NCBI GenBank assembly: GCA_951800155.1
Contig: CATOJL010000005.1
Coordinates: 1 to 23,653 of the forward strand
Length of the DNA stretch: 23,653 nucleotides
Direction: 5' to 3'
Source: an uncultured Bacilli bacterium
Lineage (GTDB): Bacteria > Bacillota_I > Bacilli_A > RF39 > UBA660
Part shown: piece by piece, positions 1 through 8,172 of the stretch
Numbering within the stretch: the first letter of the stretch is position 1
Layout of the letters: every line of letters starts with the position of its first letter
The notes under the pieces: model-generated
Told to the model about the DNA's origin: nothing
Seen by the model: the letters and a program-made list of their open reading frames with translations, nothing else
Databases searched by the model: none
Program-made: the position numbers and the translations under genes

Positions 1-36
1 CCCCATCATTTTGTCAACTTCATTTTTATAACACAA

Positions 37-61
37 CAAAAAAAGGTAGAGCCTCTCTACC
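37..61 (-). terminator. Rho-independent terminator-like hairpin (distal of two) downstream of the HTH-CYTH gene
   Basis: Perfect 7-bp stem GGTAGAG/CTCTACC (45-51 / 55-61) with a 3-nt loop. An A-run at 38-44 on + gives a U-tract after the hairpin on the minus transcript. Confidence 0.45.
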
Positions 62-74
62 AAATTAATCTTAT

Positions 75-110
75 ATAAAAAAGGAAACATATAAGAAAAG
101 TCGTTTCCTA
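75..110 (-). terminator. Terminator-like hairpin (proximal) downstream of the HTH-CYTH gene
   Basis: 7-bp stem AGGAAAC/GTTTCCT (82-88 / 103-109) with a 14-nt loop. The A-run 77-81 on + becomes a U-tract on the minus RNA. Confidence 0.35.
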
Positions 111-193
111 CTACTCAAATTTCTCTTTTTCTAAAACAAAATTTTGCACGCTACCTTCACTCCATTTTTACAGTTTCCATTTTATAAGAGCTT

Positions 194-946
194 TTATCTA
201 GAACTATGTATCAAGTGATAAGGATAACCTCTTTTATCTACATCATCTAAATTCAAACCTAGCTTCCTAGCTAATTTAAGTAATTCCTCATATTCTTCCA
301 TAGTAGAAGTATCATACTTTTTTACTTCAATTTCTATAAAATATCCTAAGTCTTGCACATAATCAAGTGCTATTTCATATTTACTAAGATAAAAATATGT
401 TTTTCTTACTTTGTTTACAATTGCGATTGTTTCTAAACCTAAAACTTTAAATATTTGCTCTAAATGATTTTCATCATCTATTTCAACTTCATATTCATCA
501 CAGTACATATTGTCATACCATTTTTTATAGTTTACTATTTTCTTATTGCCTCTTATTCCAATTCGTAGCCATTCATCAATTATTTCATCATCCTCTTTTA
601 AAAATTTTCTATAGGTTGGTTGGTAATATGTATCTATTTGTATACTCTCATTTAAAAATACAGCGCCCTTCTTCATAAATAATTCTATATGTTCAAACGT
701 ATCCTTTGAAAGTCTTATCTTTATCTCTGTTTCAATATTACTTTTCTCTATATCCCCGTAGATAAGATAACCAATACTACAAGCAAATAATTCACTTAAC
801 TTCACTAACGTTTCTAAACTGGGTTCTGTTCGATTCAACTCCCAACTGGATACCGTTTTATCCGTTACAAAAATTAAATCGGCTAAATCATTTTGTGTCC
901 ATCCTTTTTTCTTTCTTAAATGTGCAATTCGATTTCCTAAATGCAT
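194..946 (-). CDS. XRE-type HTH domain fused to a CYTH (class IV adenylyl cyclase / triphosphate tunnel) domain
   Basis: The N-terminus LGNRIAHLRKKKGWTQNDLADLIFVTDKTVSSWELNRTEPSLETLVKLSELF is a classic HTH_3. The C-terminal ~170 aa carry CYTH-like alternating charged beta-strand motifs (ETEIKIRL ... EYEVEID ... YFIEIEVK). The track ORF starts at a GTG (955). The ATG at 946 is preceded by GAGGTGGAAGGA and is the more likely start. Confidence 0.75.
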   Translation of the reverse strand: MHLGNRIAHLRKKKGWTQNDLADLIFVTDKTVSSWELNRTEPSLETLVKLSELFACSIGYLIYGDIEKSNIETEIKIRLSKDTFEHIELFMKKGAVFLNESIQIDTYYQPTYRKFLKEDDEIIDEWLRIGIRGNKKIVNYKKWYDNMYCDEYEVEIDDENHLEQIFKVLGLETIAIVNKVRKTYFYLSKYEIALDYVQDLGYFIEIEVKKYDTSTMEEYEELLKLARKLGLNLDDVDKRGYPYHLIHSSR

Positions 947-1055
947 TCCTTCCACCTCACAAATTCATAATACCACACAAAAACAGGAAAAATCCTCTAC
1001 ATTTTGTAGAATAAAATATGCTTTTCTCTCCTTTTGGAAGAAAGCTCTTTCATAC

Positions 1056-1080
1056 AAAAAAAGACAGTTCATCCTGAACT
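1056..1080 (-). terminator. Weak terminator-like hairpin after the ftsY-ylxM-herA-like-HTH operon
   Basis: 6-bp stem AGTTCA/TGAACT (1066-1071 / 1075-1080) with a 3-nt loop. The A7 run 1056-1062 on + gives a U-tract on the minus RNA. The stem is short and AT-rich. Confidence 0.35.
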
Positions 1081-1190
1081 CTCCCTTTCTTTCATCCTTT
1101 TTATACACATGCTTAGAAATTCTCTAAGTTTATAGGCCTTTTTTCCAAATCATGTACTTCACTTCTTTTAAAATTTTTCTATACAAACAT

Positions 1191-1439
1191 CTATGATTCC
1201 TTTAAAAAATCATCGAGTGGTCTTTCAAAAAGAATACTAAATTTAATTAAAAGTTTTAAGGAACAACTTTTCGTTAAATCCTTATTTGACTCAATCCTCC
1301 TTAAATAGTCATAAGATATATCCAATAATTCTGCTGCTTGCATAGCAGAAAGACCGCTTGTCTGTCTAAACTTTTTTATATTCTTATAGATAATAGGCAT
1401 ATAATCCCTATCTAATTGTTCTTGTTTTTCTAAATACAT
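1191..1439 (-). CDS. Small XRE-family helix-turn-helix protein (82 aa)
   Basis: SGLSAMQAAELLDISYDYLRRIESNK is an HTH_3-like core. It starts 36 nt downstream of the HerA-like ORF on the same strand. Confidence 0.65.
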   Translation of the reverse strand: MYLEKQEQLDRDYMPIIYKNIKKFRQTSGLSAMQAAELLDISYDYLRRIESNKDLTKSCSLKLLIKFSILFERPLDDFLKES

Positions 1440-1475
1440 ATATTTTCCTTTCTATTCTTTTTACGTAGTCCTATT

Positions 1476-3227
1476 CTATGCCTTCCATCTAGCTTCTACA
1501 TCACAGTTACTACTATGTGGTGGTGGATTTGGTGGGTCCATTTTTATAATAATTGGAATTCGAAAAGCTTTTCCGAATCCAACACAAGTACCTGGTTGTA
1601 AACTTTTTTGTTTTTCAATAATTTCTTGATTAATATTAGGAAGCATTTTGGCAATATAGTCTAAATCCCTTGGATGATTCATTTTAAAAATTAAGAAATT
1701 AGAACATTGTGAAATCACTGTTTCTGAGATTTCAACTGGTCTTTGTGAAATTAAATTGAAAACCAATCCATATTTTCTTCCTTCTTTAGCGACACGATCA
1801 AAGATATTATAACCAAGTAAAAATTTATCATTATCGTTTTGCACATAACGGTGAGCTTCTTCTAAAAAGATATGAAAAGGAATAGATGCCCTAACTTTTA
1901 AAGCTTTCGTAAATGTGAACAACATCTTCGTATAAATTTTTGTAATGACTTTTGCAATTCGATCTTCAATATCCTCTAGATTAAAATTAATAATCTGTGC
2001 TTTCTTTCCCGGTGCATATGTAACAAGTGTTGCTATATAATTTTCTAAAGTAATATATTGTGGGTAATGAAAATATTTTGCATTTTCTCCAATTACAATC
2101 GAATGAAGTCTTACTTTTAAAGCAATTGCCTCACTATAGGTTTTCTGATTTCTTAAAAGTCCCTCTGAAATTAAAGTAAAACTTAATGCCTTCTCTAAAT
2201 CCTCTAAAGTAAAATAATGACTTTCTCTTGACTCATATTTATCTAGACTGTCATCAATAAAATCTGAAATATATTGTGTGACTAAAATGCTTTCTGTAAA
2301 ATTTCCTTCCTTATCAATAATAAAGCAATCTCTAAATTTACGAACATATCCAATTCCTTGCACAGGAGCTTCTAAGTGGAAGGCTTCTGTCGAACAAGTG
2401 GCAAGAATCGAGAAAATATCATTTCTCTTCGCTGTTGCACTTTGATTTGTATATAAAATGGTCATGATTGCTTTTGCAATTAAATGATTCTTATAACTTA
2501 CTGCCATTTCATCGGATTCAGAAAAAATTCGAACTAATTTCAGCATTTCCTCGATAATAGGAAGTTGTGAATGATCTGTCGCATCTAATAATAAAGCCAT
2601 ATCATCTACATCAAGGAGCCATAAAGGAATAGAAAGCAAGTTTCCTTCTGTATCATTTACATTTGTTGTATAGTATTTAAAATAGAAATTAGGATTGATT
2701 TTGTTAATATCTCTAAATGCCGTATGATATTCTCCATAGGCATCAAAAATAAAGAAATTCGAGCGAAGGGGAACTACATTTTTATTGGCAAATACATTCT
2801 GCATCAACCTTGCAAGTCCCCATGATTTTCCACTCCCAGTATTTCCAAAAATGGCAGAATGATTTGAGAACATATCATTTACATCAATATAAAGAGGAAA
2901 ATCATTATAAAGGGGTGATCTTCCAATTAACATGCTACTTGGTGTTTCTCTTCCGACAATCAGTCCAAATTCCTCTTCCGTGATAATACGAACTTGTGCT
3001 GATAAACTAGGCTTTCGAATTACTCCACCTAAAAAACGATTGTCCCTTATTTCCCCTAAAAAACGAACCTTTATAAGTTCCATATCCATATCTTCCACTT
3101 CACCAATAATTTTCTTTTTATTATCTTCAAAGACAATATGCATATTCATCATATCTTGCGCTAAAACATTTCCTTCTACTTTAATATGTGCGACATTATC
3201 TGATATATATATAATTTTACCAATCAT
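1476..3227 (-). CDS. HerA/DUF87-family P-loop ATPase (FtsK-HerA superfamily)
   Basis: N-terminal HAS-barrel-like segment (IGKIIYISDNVAHIKVEG ... IIGEVEDM ... VRFLGEI). Walker A is FGNTGSGKS and Walker B is HIFLEEAHRY, separated by the long helical insert typical of DUF87/HerA. A GGAGG lies 9 nt upstream of the ATG, and only 14 nt separate it from the ylxM stop. Confidence 0.75.
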   Translation of the reverse strand: MIGKIIYISDNVAHIKVEGNVLAQDMMNMHIVFEDNKKKIIGEVEDMDMELIKVRFLGEIRDNRFLGGVIRKPSLSAQVRIITEEEFGLIVGRETPSSMLIGRSPLYNDFPLYIDVNDMFSNHSAIFGNTGSGKSWGLARLMQNVFANKNVVPLRSNFFIFDAYGEYHTAFRDINKINPNFYFKYYTTNVNDTEGNLLSIPLWLLDVDDMALLLDATDHSQLPIIEEMLKLVRIFSESDEMAVSYKNHLIAKAIMTILYTNQSATAKRNDIFSILATCSTEAFHLEAPVQGIGYVRKFRDCFIIDKEGNFTESILVTQYISDFIDDSLDKYESRESHYFTLEDLEKALSFTLISEGLLRNQKTYSEAIALKVRLHSIVIGENAKYFHYPQYITLENYIATLVTYAPGKKAQIINFNLEDIEDRIAKVITKIYTKMLFTFTKALKVRASIPFHIFLEEAHRYVQNDNDKFLLGYNIFDRVAKEGRKYGLVFNLISQRPVEISETVISQCSNFLIFKMNHPRDLDYIAKMLPNINQEIIEKQKSLQPGTCVGFGKAFRIPIIIKMDPPNPPPHSSNCDVEARWKA

Positions 3228-3241
3228 TGTGCATTTCCTCC

Positions 3242-3526
3242 TTATAAAATTTCTTCTATTTTTTCTTTTAATGCTTTATCCTGAATCAAAGCAAGAATCT
3301 TTTTATTCTTTTCATAAATACGTAATGTATTCTCATAAAATAAAAGTTTTTCTTCGGTTTCTTTCAATCTTTTATGAATCGCATTTCTTGTTATACCATA
3401 ATTTTCACTCATTTCAGAAAGGGTTAAATTATTGAAGTAATAATCTTCAAAACAAACTTGTTGTTTTTTTGTAAATAAATCACCATAAATGGCAAAAAGG
3501 TTTCCTAAATAAATTTGTCTTTCCAT
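3242..3526 (-). CDS. ylxM: YlxM/p13-like putative DNA-binding protein (UPF0122), SRP-operon associated
   Basis: YGDLFTKKQQVCFEDYYFNNLTLSEMSENYGITRNAIHKRLKETEEKL matches the YlxM sigma-70 region-4-like HTH, and the gene sits directly downstream of ftsY. The track ORF begins at a GTG (3538). ATG 3526 (MERQIY...) fits the family length better, but the start is uncertain. Confidence 0.8.
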   Translation of the reverse strand: MERQIYLGNLFAIYGDLFTKKQQVCFEDYYFNNLTLSEMSENYGITRNAIHKRLKETEEKLLFYENTLRIYEKNKKILALIQDKALKEKIEEIL

Positions 3527-3571
3527 TAAGAAAACCACACTTTGAAAATTGGATTTTGAAAGACATTTCTT

Positions 3572-4564
3572 TTATTCCTCATCACTACCACCTATATCAC
3601 TAAATAATCCATAAATGTACTTCTCAATATCAAAGGATTTTAAATCCTCTTTGCCTTCCCCTAAACCTATATATTTAACAGGAATTCCCACTTCTTCCTT
3701 AATCGCTAGTACAATACCCCCCTTCGCTGTACCATCTAATTTTGTTAACACAATGCCCGTAATATTTGTAATTTCCTTAAATCCTTTTGCTTGACTAATT
3801 CCATTCTGCCCCGTCGTTGCATCCAATACCAAAAGTGTTTCATGAGGAGCCTCAGGAATATGTGTTTGAATTACTCGATTCATCTTTTCTAATTCATTCA
3901 TCAAGTTCGTTTTATTTTGAAGACGACCTGCTGTATCCACAAGCACGACATCAAATGCCTCCTTTTTTGCTTTCTCCATCGCATCATAAATAACACTCGA
4001 TGGATCACTTCCTTCTTTTTTTACAATACTAGCCCCTGTTCTTCCTGCCCATTCTTCTAATTGCTCAATCGCTCCTGCTCTAAAAGTATCCCCCGCTACT
4101 AACAATACTTTCTTTCCTTCTTTTATCAATTTATAGGCAATTTTCCCAATGGTTGTCGTTTTCCCAACGCCATTCACACCGACAAATAATAAAATGGTAG
4201 GCCCCTCACTACTATAATGAATTTTATTCGTTAAAATAGAATCTCCTACATAAATGATGAACATTTCATCAACGATAATTTCTCTTAAATCAGTAGCATC
4301 TTCTATTTTTTCTTGCACAACTCTTTTTCGTAATCGATCAACAAACTCCATCACTGTCGAAACACCTATATCAGCCGTAATCAAGATATCCTCCAACTCT
4401 TCAAAATATTCCTCATCTATTTTTTTGTGATGTAAGGCTAAAGTAGTTAATTTCGACTTTAAATCATTTCTTGTTTTACGAAGTCCCTCTGTATACGATT
4501 TTACTTCTTCCTTCTCATTTTCATTCTTTTTTAAAACTTTTTTTAAACTAGCAAATAATTTCAT
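3572..4564 (-). CDS. ftsY: Signal recognition particle receptor FtsY
   Basis: SRP54-type GTPase motifs: GVNGVGKTTT (G1), DTAGR (G3), TKLDGTAKGG (G4). Helical N domain and an acidic/basic N-terminal tail. Confidence 0.95.
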   Translation of the reverse strand: MKLFASLKKVLKKNENEKEEVKSYTEGLRKTRNDLKSKLTTLALHHKKIDEEYFEELEDILITADIGVSTVMEFVDRLRKRVVQEKIEDATDLREIIVDEMFIIYVGDSILTNKIHYSSEGPTILLFVGVNGVGKTTTIGKIAYKLIKEGKKVLLVAGDTFRAGAIEQLEEWAGRTGASIVKKEGSDPSSVIYDAMEKAKKEAFDVVLVDTAGRLQNKTNLMNELEKMNRVIQTHIPEAPHETLLVLDATTGQNGISQAKGFKEITNITGIVLTKLDGTAKGGIVLAIKEEVGIPVKYIGLGEGKEDLKSFDIEKYIYGLFSDIGGSDEE

Positions 4565-4692
4565 ATTCTCACTTTCCTTGTTATCATTTTACTATAAAAT
4601 ATGAGAAAATACAAACCTAAAGTGGACAAAAGAGAAAAAATAGTCTATAATGGACATGTTCATTTCATCTTATAAAAAGAAAGGAGTTTAAA

Positions 4693-6390
4693 ATGAAATT
4701 TAAAGAAGAGGGCGATACAAAGATATTCGCACTTGGTGGTTTAGGTGAAGTCGGAAAAAATATGTATTGTGTAATGCACGGAAATGAAATCGTAATTACA
4801 GATGCAGGAATGCTTATGCCCGATAGCACATTAATGGGTGTCGATTATGTCATTCCAGATTACACATTTTTGAAAAAAAATGAAGATAAAATTAAAGCTC
4901 TATTTATAACACATGGTCATGAAGATCATATAGGAGGGATTCCCTTTTTACTACAAACAGTAAATATTCCTCTTATCTATGCTCCAAATCAAGCGGTTGG
5001 GCTCATTCGTAAAAAATTAGAAGATAGAAATATACAATATAAAAATTTAATCGTTTATGAAGAAAAAACAAGAGTGAAGTTTAAAAATATAGAGGTTTCT
5101 TTCTTTAGAACAACCCATTCCATTCCAGATTCTCATGGAATTTGTATTGCGACACCTAATGGAACTGTCGTAACTACAGGAGATTTTAAGTTTGACCTAA
5201 CGCCAATTGGACCAATGGCAAATTTACATAAAATAGCTGCCATTGGAAAACATGGGGTGACTTTACTATTAAGTGATTCAACAAATGCACTCAATGATGG
5301 TTTTTCATTAAGTGAATCTAGAGTAGACAGTGCTCTTTCTGATATATTTGAAAAACAGAAAGGCAGAATCATTATTGCAACGTTTGCATCCAACATATAT
5401 CGTTTAAAACATATCGTAGATACATGTAAAAGAAATGGAAGAAAAATTGCTATATTTGGAAGAAGCATGCAGAATAATATTGAGATTTCTATTAGTGGCG
5501 GATATATTAAAAATAAAGATATATTTGTAACAGCTGAGGAAGCCAATCATCTTCCCTTAGACAAAGTTTGTATTCTTTGCACAGGAAGTCAAGGAGAACC
5601 TCTAGCCGCTTTATCAAAAATAGCAGATGGTTCTCACAAACAGATTAAATTGCAGTCAAATGATGTAGTTATTTTCTCTTCCTCTGCCATTCCGGGAAAT
5701 GCCGCTTCCATTGGAAAAATCATTAATAAGCTATACTTAAAAGGTGTAGAAGTATACACAAATACTTCTTTAAACGACATTCATACAAGTGGGCATGCTA
5801 ACGAAGAAGAGCTAAAACTAATGATCCGACTTATACAACCAAAATACTTTATGCCATTTCATGGCGAATATCGAATGCTCAAAAGACATGCGGATATTGC
5901 AGTTCTATGTGATATTCCTAAAGAAAATACGTTTGTGCTACAAAATGGAGAAGTTTTATCCATGAAAAAAGGGAAAATAAAAAGAGAAGGTTTAATTCAG
6001 GCAGGGGATACTTATGTGGATGGAAATCGCATTGGTGATGTTTCTACTTCCATTATTCGTGATCGAAAAATTATGGCATCAGATGGAATTATTGTCATCA
6101 TTGCTAGTATTGATGCAACAAAACCTGCCCTTTTAGGAAAGGTCAATATCTCCACTAGAGGATTTGTTTTAGTGAACGATAATCTTGAGCTTTTAACAGA
6201 ATTAGAAAATATTGCTCGTAAAACAATCTTAGCAGGATTGCATAAACCTGTAAATTATGCAGATATCAAGTCTGAATTAATTACAAATATTCAATCAAAA
6301 GCATTTACAAAAACGGGCAGAAGACCCATTATTTTACCTATTATTATGGATGTAAAGAAAACAAAAGGAAACAAAAAAGATACAGAATAA
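4693..6390 (+). CDS. rnj: Ribonuclease J (metallo-beta-lactamase / beta-CASP family)
   Basis: THGHEDHIGG zinc motif, beta-CASP segment, C-terminal RNase J domain, 565 aa. AAGGAG lies 6-7 nt upstream of the ATG. Confidence 0.95.
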   Translation: MKFKEEGDTKIFALGGLGEVGKNMYCVMHGNEIVITDAGMLMPDSTLMGVDYVIPDYTFLKKNEDKIKALFITHGHEDHIGGIPFLLQTVNIPLIYAPNQAVGLIRKKLEDRNIQYKNLIVYEEKTRVKFKNIEVSFFRTTHSIPDSHGICIATPNGTVVTTGDFKFDLTPIGPMANLHKIAAIGKHGVTLLLSDSTNALNDGFSLSESRVDSALSDIFEKQKGRIIIATFASNIYRLKHIVDTCKRNGRKIAIFGRSMQNNIEISISGGYIKNKDIFVTAEEANHLPLDKVCILCTGSQGEPLAALSKIADGSHKQIKLQSNDVVIFSSSAIPGNAASIGKIINKLYLKGVEVYTNTSLNDIHTSGHANEEELKLMIRLIQPKYFMPFHGEYRMLKRHADIAVLCDIPKENTFVLQNGEVLSMKKGKIKREGLIQAGDTYVDGNRIGDVSTSIIRDRKIMASDGIIVIIASIDATKPALLGKVNISTRGFVLVNDNLELLTELENIARKTILAGLHKPVNYADIKSELITNIQSKAFTKTGRRPIILPIIMDVKKTKGNKKDTE

Positions 6391-6404
6391 AATGTATCTT
6401 TTTT
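6373..6404. terminator. Bidirectional rho-independent terminator between rnj (+) and the histidine kinase (-)
   Basis: Perfect 12-bp stem AAAAAAGATACA / TGTATCTTTTTT (6373-6384 / 6393-6404) with an 8-nt loop. A/T runs on both sides. It overlaps both stop codons. Confidence 0.7.
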
Positions 6405-7662
6405 ATATATAATTCAAATCTTCTATTCGTGGCAAAGTAATAATGACTTGTGTCCCCTTTTCTATCTCTGATTCATAACGAATTGTACCACCATGTCCTC
6501 TTATAATTTCTTTTGATAAATAAACACCTAATCCTGTTCCTTGCTTCTTTGTCGTGAAAAAAGGTTCACACATTTTTTTTAGATTTTCACTAGTTATCCC
6601 TATCCCGGAATCTTTAATTCGAATTTGAACAGTATCTTTTTTCTCTTCTGCATAAATAGTTAAAATTTTCTGTTCCTTTTGTTCCATAGATTCAATACTA
6701 TTTTTAATTAAATTGATGATAACCTGATTTAATCGATTATAATCTGCTTCCATAAACACTTCTTCCTCAGATATATGTAAATCTGTCTTGATCTTCTTTT
6801 CTTTTAAAAGAGGGCTTACACTATCAATTACATTCTCTAATAAATAATTAATATCCAATGTTTCTTTCTCAATTTTTATCTTACTAATTGACAAGAAATC
6901 TTGTAATAAGGTAAGTACCTTCTCAATTTCACTTTTTAAAATAGGGATATACTTTTTACTATGCTCTTTCTTATCTATATCAAACATATCTAAATACCCT
7001 TTACATACAGCAATTGGATTTTTTATTTCATGCGTAATTTTAAATAAAGAAGCTCTTAGCTTTTTTTCTTCATCTAGCAAAGAAATAGCATTTGAATATA
7101 AAATCATATCCTCCGACTTTTTTAATATAAAAATAGTAAAAGTAATCAGAAAAACAAAGATCAAAAAGACAAAAAAGATCTCAACAAATTCAACTTTATT
7201 CTCATATCCCATAGGTACTTTAAATAGAAAATAACTATAAGCAAAAACAAATTTAGCTAAAACAAAGACAAAGGCGTCTTTTGTATAATCACGTTTTCGA
7301 TAAGATAATACTTTATAAAGAAAATAACACCCTATTCCATCAAGCAAAAGTAAGGCAAGATGCTCCTCAAAAAAATGCTTCATAAATAAAATTTGAAAAA
7401 CAGTAATCATAAGAAATGATAACTCTCTTTTCTTTACATAAGCGAGAATAAGGGGAACATTCAATGAAAAATAAAGGAGATAGGAATATCTTAGATTATA
7501 AATTTTTGTCATGAGATAAATCATGGTAAAAAGTGCTATATCAAAAGAGATCGTTCTTCTTTCTTTATCAATATTTTTAATATAAATTTGATAAATCATC
7601 CAAATGGATAAAGGAAAAATAATAAAAATTGTTTCTAACAAGATATTGTCAAATAATGTCAT
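6403..7662 (-). CDS. Membrane sensor histidine kinase (no adjacent response regulator)
   Basis: The N-terminal ~190 aa are hydrophobic multi-pass. HisKA H-box is ITHEIKNPIAVCKGYLDM. The HATPase_c region has an N box (LNQVIINLIKNSIES), G1 (IKDSGIGI) and G2 (GTGLGVYLSKEII). ATG 7662 (MTLFDN) is preceded by AGGTGA; the track start at 7689 is less likely. Confidence 0.85.
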   Translation of the reverse strand: MTLFDNILLETIFIIFPLSIWMIYQIYIKNIDKERRTISFDIALFTMIYLMTKIYNLRYSYLLYFSLNVPLILAYVKKRELSFLMITVFQILFMKHFFEEHLALLLLDGIGCYFLYKVLSYRKRDYTKDAFVFVLAKFVFAYSYFLFKVPMGYENKVEFVEIFFVFLIFVFLITFTIFILKKSEDMILYSNAISLLDEEKKLRASLFKITHEIKNPIAVCKGYLDMFDIDKKEHSKKYIPILKSEIEKVLTLLQDFLSISKIKIEKETLDINYLLENVIDSVSPLLKEKKIKTDLHISEEEVFMEADYNRLNQVIINLIKNSIESMEQKEQKILTIYAEEKKDTVQIRIKDSGIGITSENLKKMCEPFFTTKKQGTGLGVYLSKEIIRGHGGTIRYESEIEKGTQVIITLPRIEDLNYI

Positions 7663-7740
7663 AAAATCACCTATTCCCATTATAGGCACTTAGATTGTCA
7701 AATTTTGTCGAATTTTGTTAAAAAGAAAAAAGTGATACAA

Positions 7741-8055
7741 TCACTTTAAATCATCAATATGTTTTTTTAATTGATAAGCTCCCTCTCCAAGAATGATTTT
7801 AAGCTGATTATCAATCTCAACGATTCCTTGTGCTCCTAGTTTTTGAATAGCATCTTTGTTGACAATTTCTACATTCTTAAGAGTAACAATAAAACGAGAT
7901 TTATTCACTTCATAACTGATAATATTATCTTTTCCTCCTAAATAAGTTACTAGCTTATTTACCTCAAACTGAAAATCTTTCTTTTTTGATTTTATAATTG
8001 CAATTGCAACAATAAGTAAAACAAAAGCAATGATTAGATATTGTACATATTCCAT
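7741..8055 (-). CDS. Membrane-anchored PTS EIIB-like domain protein (lacks the phospho-cysteine)
   Basis: One N-terminal TM helix (YLIIAFVLLIVAIAII). It is followed by LVTYLGGKDNIISYEVNKSRFIVTLKNVEIVNKDAIQKLGAQGIV, which parallels the glucose-family EIIB fold (LGGKENI..xxHCxTRLR..L.D....D...L...G..GV). The Cys position reads N-K-S. Confidence 0.55.
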   Translation of the reverse strand: MEYVQYLIIAFVLLIVAIAIIKSKKKDFQFEVNKLVTYLGGKDNIISYEVNKSRFIVTLKNVEIVNKDAIQKLGAQGIVEIDNQLKIILGEGAYQLKKHIDDLK

Positions 8056-8172
8056 AGAATCACCACTATTATTATACTATACTTTCAATCCATTTAATAG
8101 TGTTTTTTCTAAATTTATGAAGTTGTTCTTTTTATCTAAAAAATCTCAAATCTTTCTAAATCTTAAACCTTT

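Noticed and set aside
2932-3435. 167-aa + strand ORF antisense to the HerA-like and ylxM genes.
   Set aside because: It spans two well-supported minus-strand genes, gives a low-complexity hydrophobic translation, and has no SD. It is a typical AT-rich shadow ORF. The same reasoning applies to 5133-5546(-), 8218-8493(+), 9411-9599(+), 10814-11134(+), 11043-11234(-), 11131-11313(+), 12868-13068(+), 13791-13973(+), 15523-15735(-), 17558-17764(+), 19659-19901(+), 19886-20089(+) and 21357-21563(-).
6403-7662. Orphan histidine kinase as part of a novel system.
   Set aside because: Orphan kinases with polytopic N-termini are common in Firmicutes (for example phosphorelay kinases). Nothing in the sequence or neighbourhood ties it to the DGR operon, and a terminator and an unrelated gene separate them.
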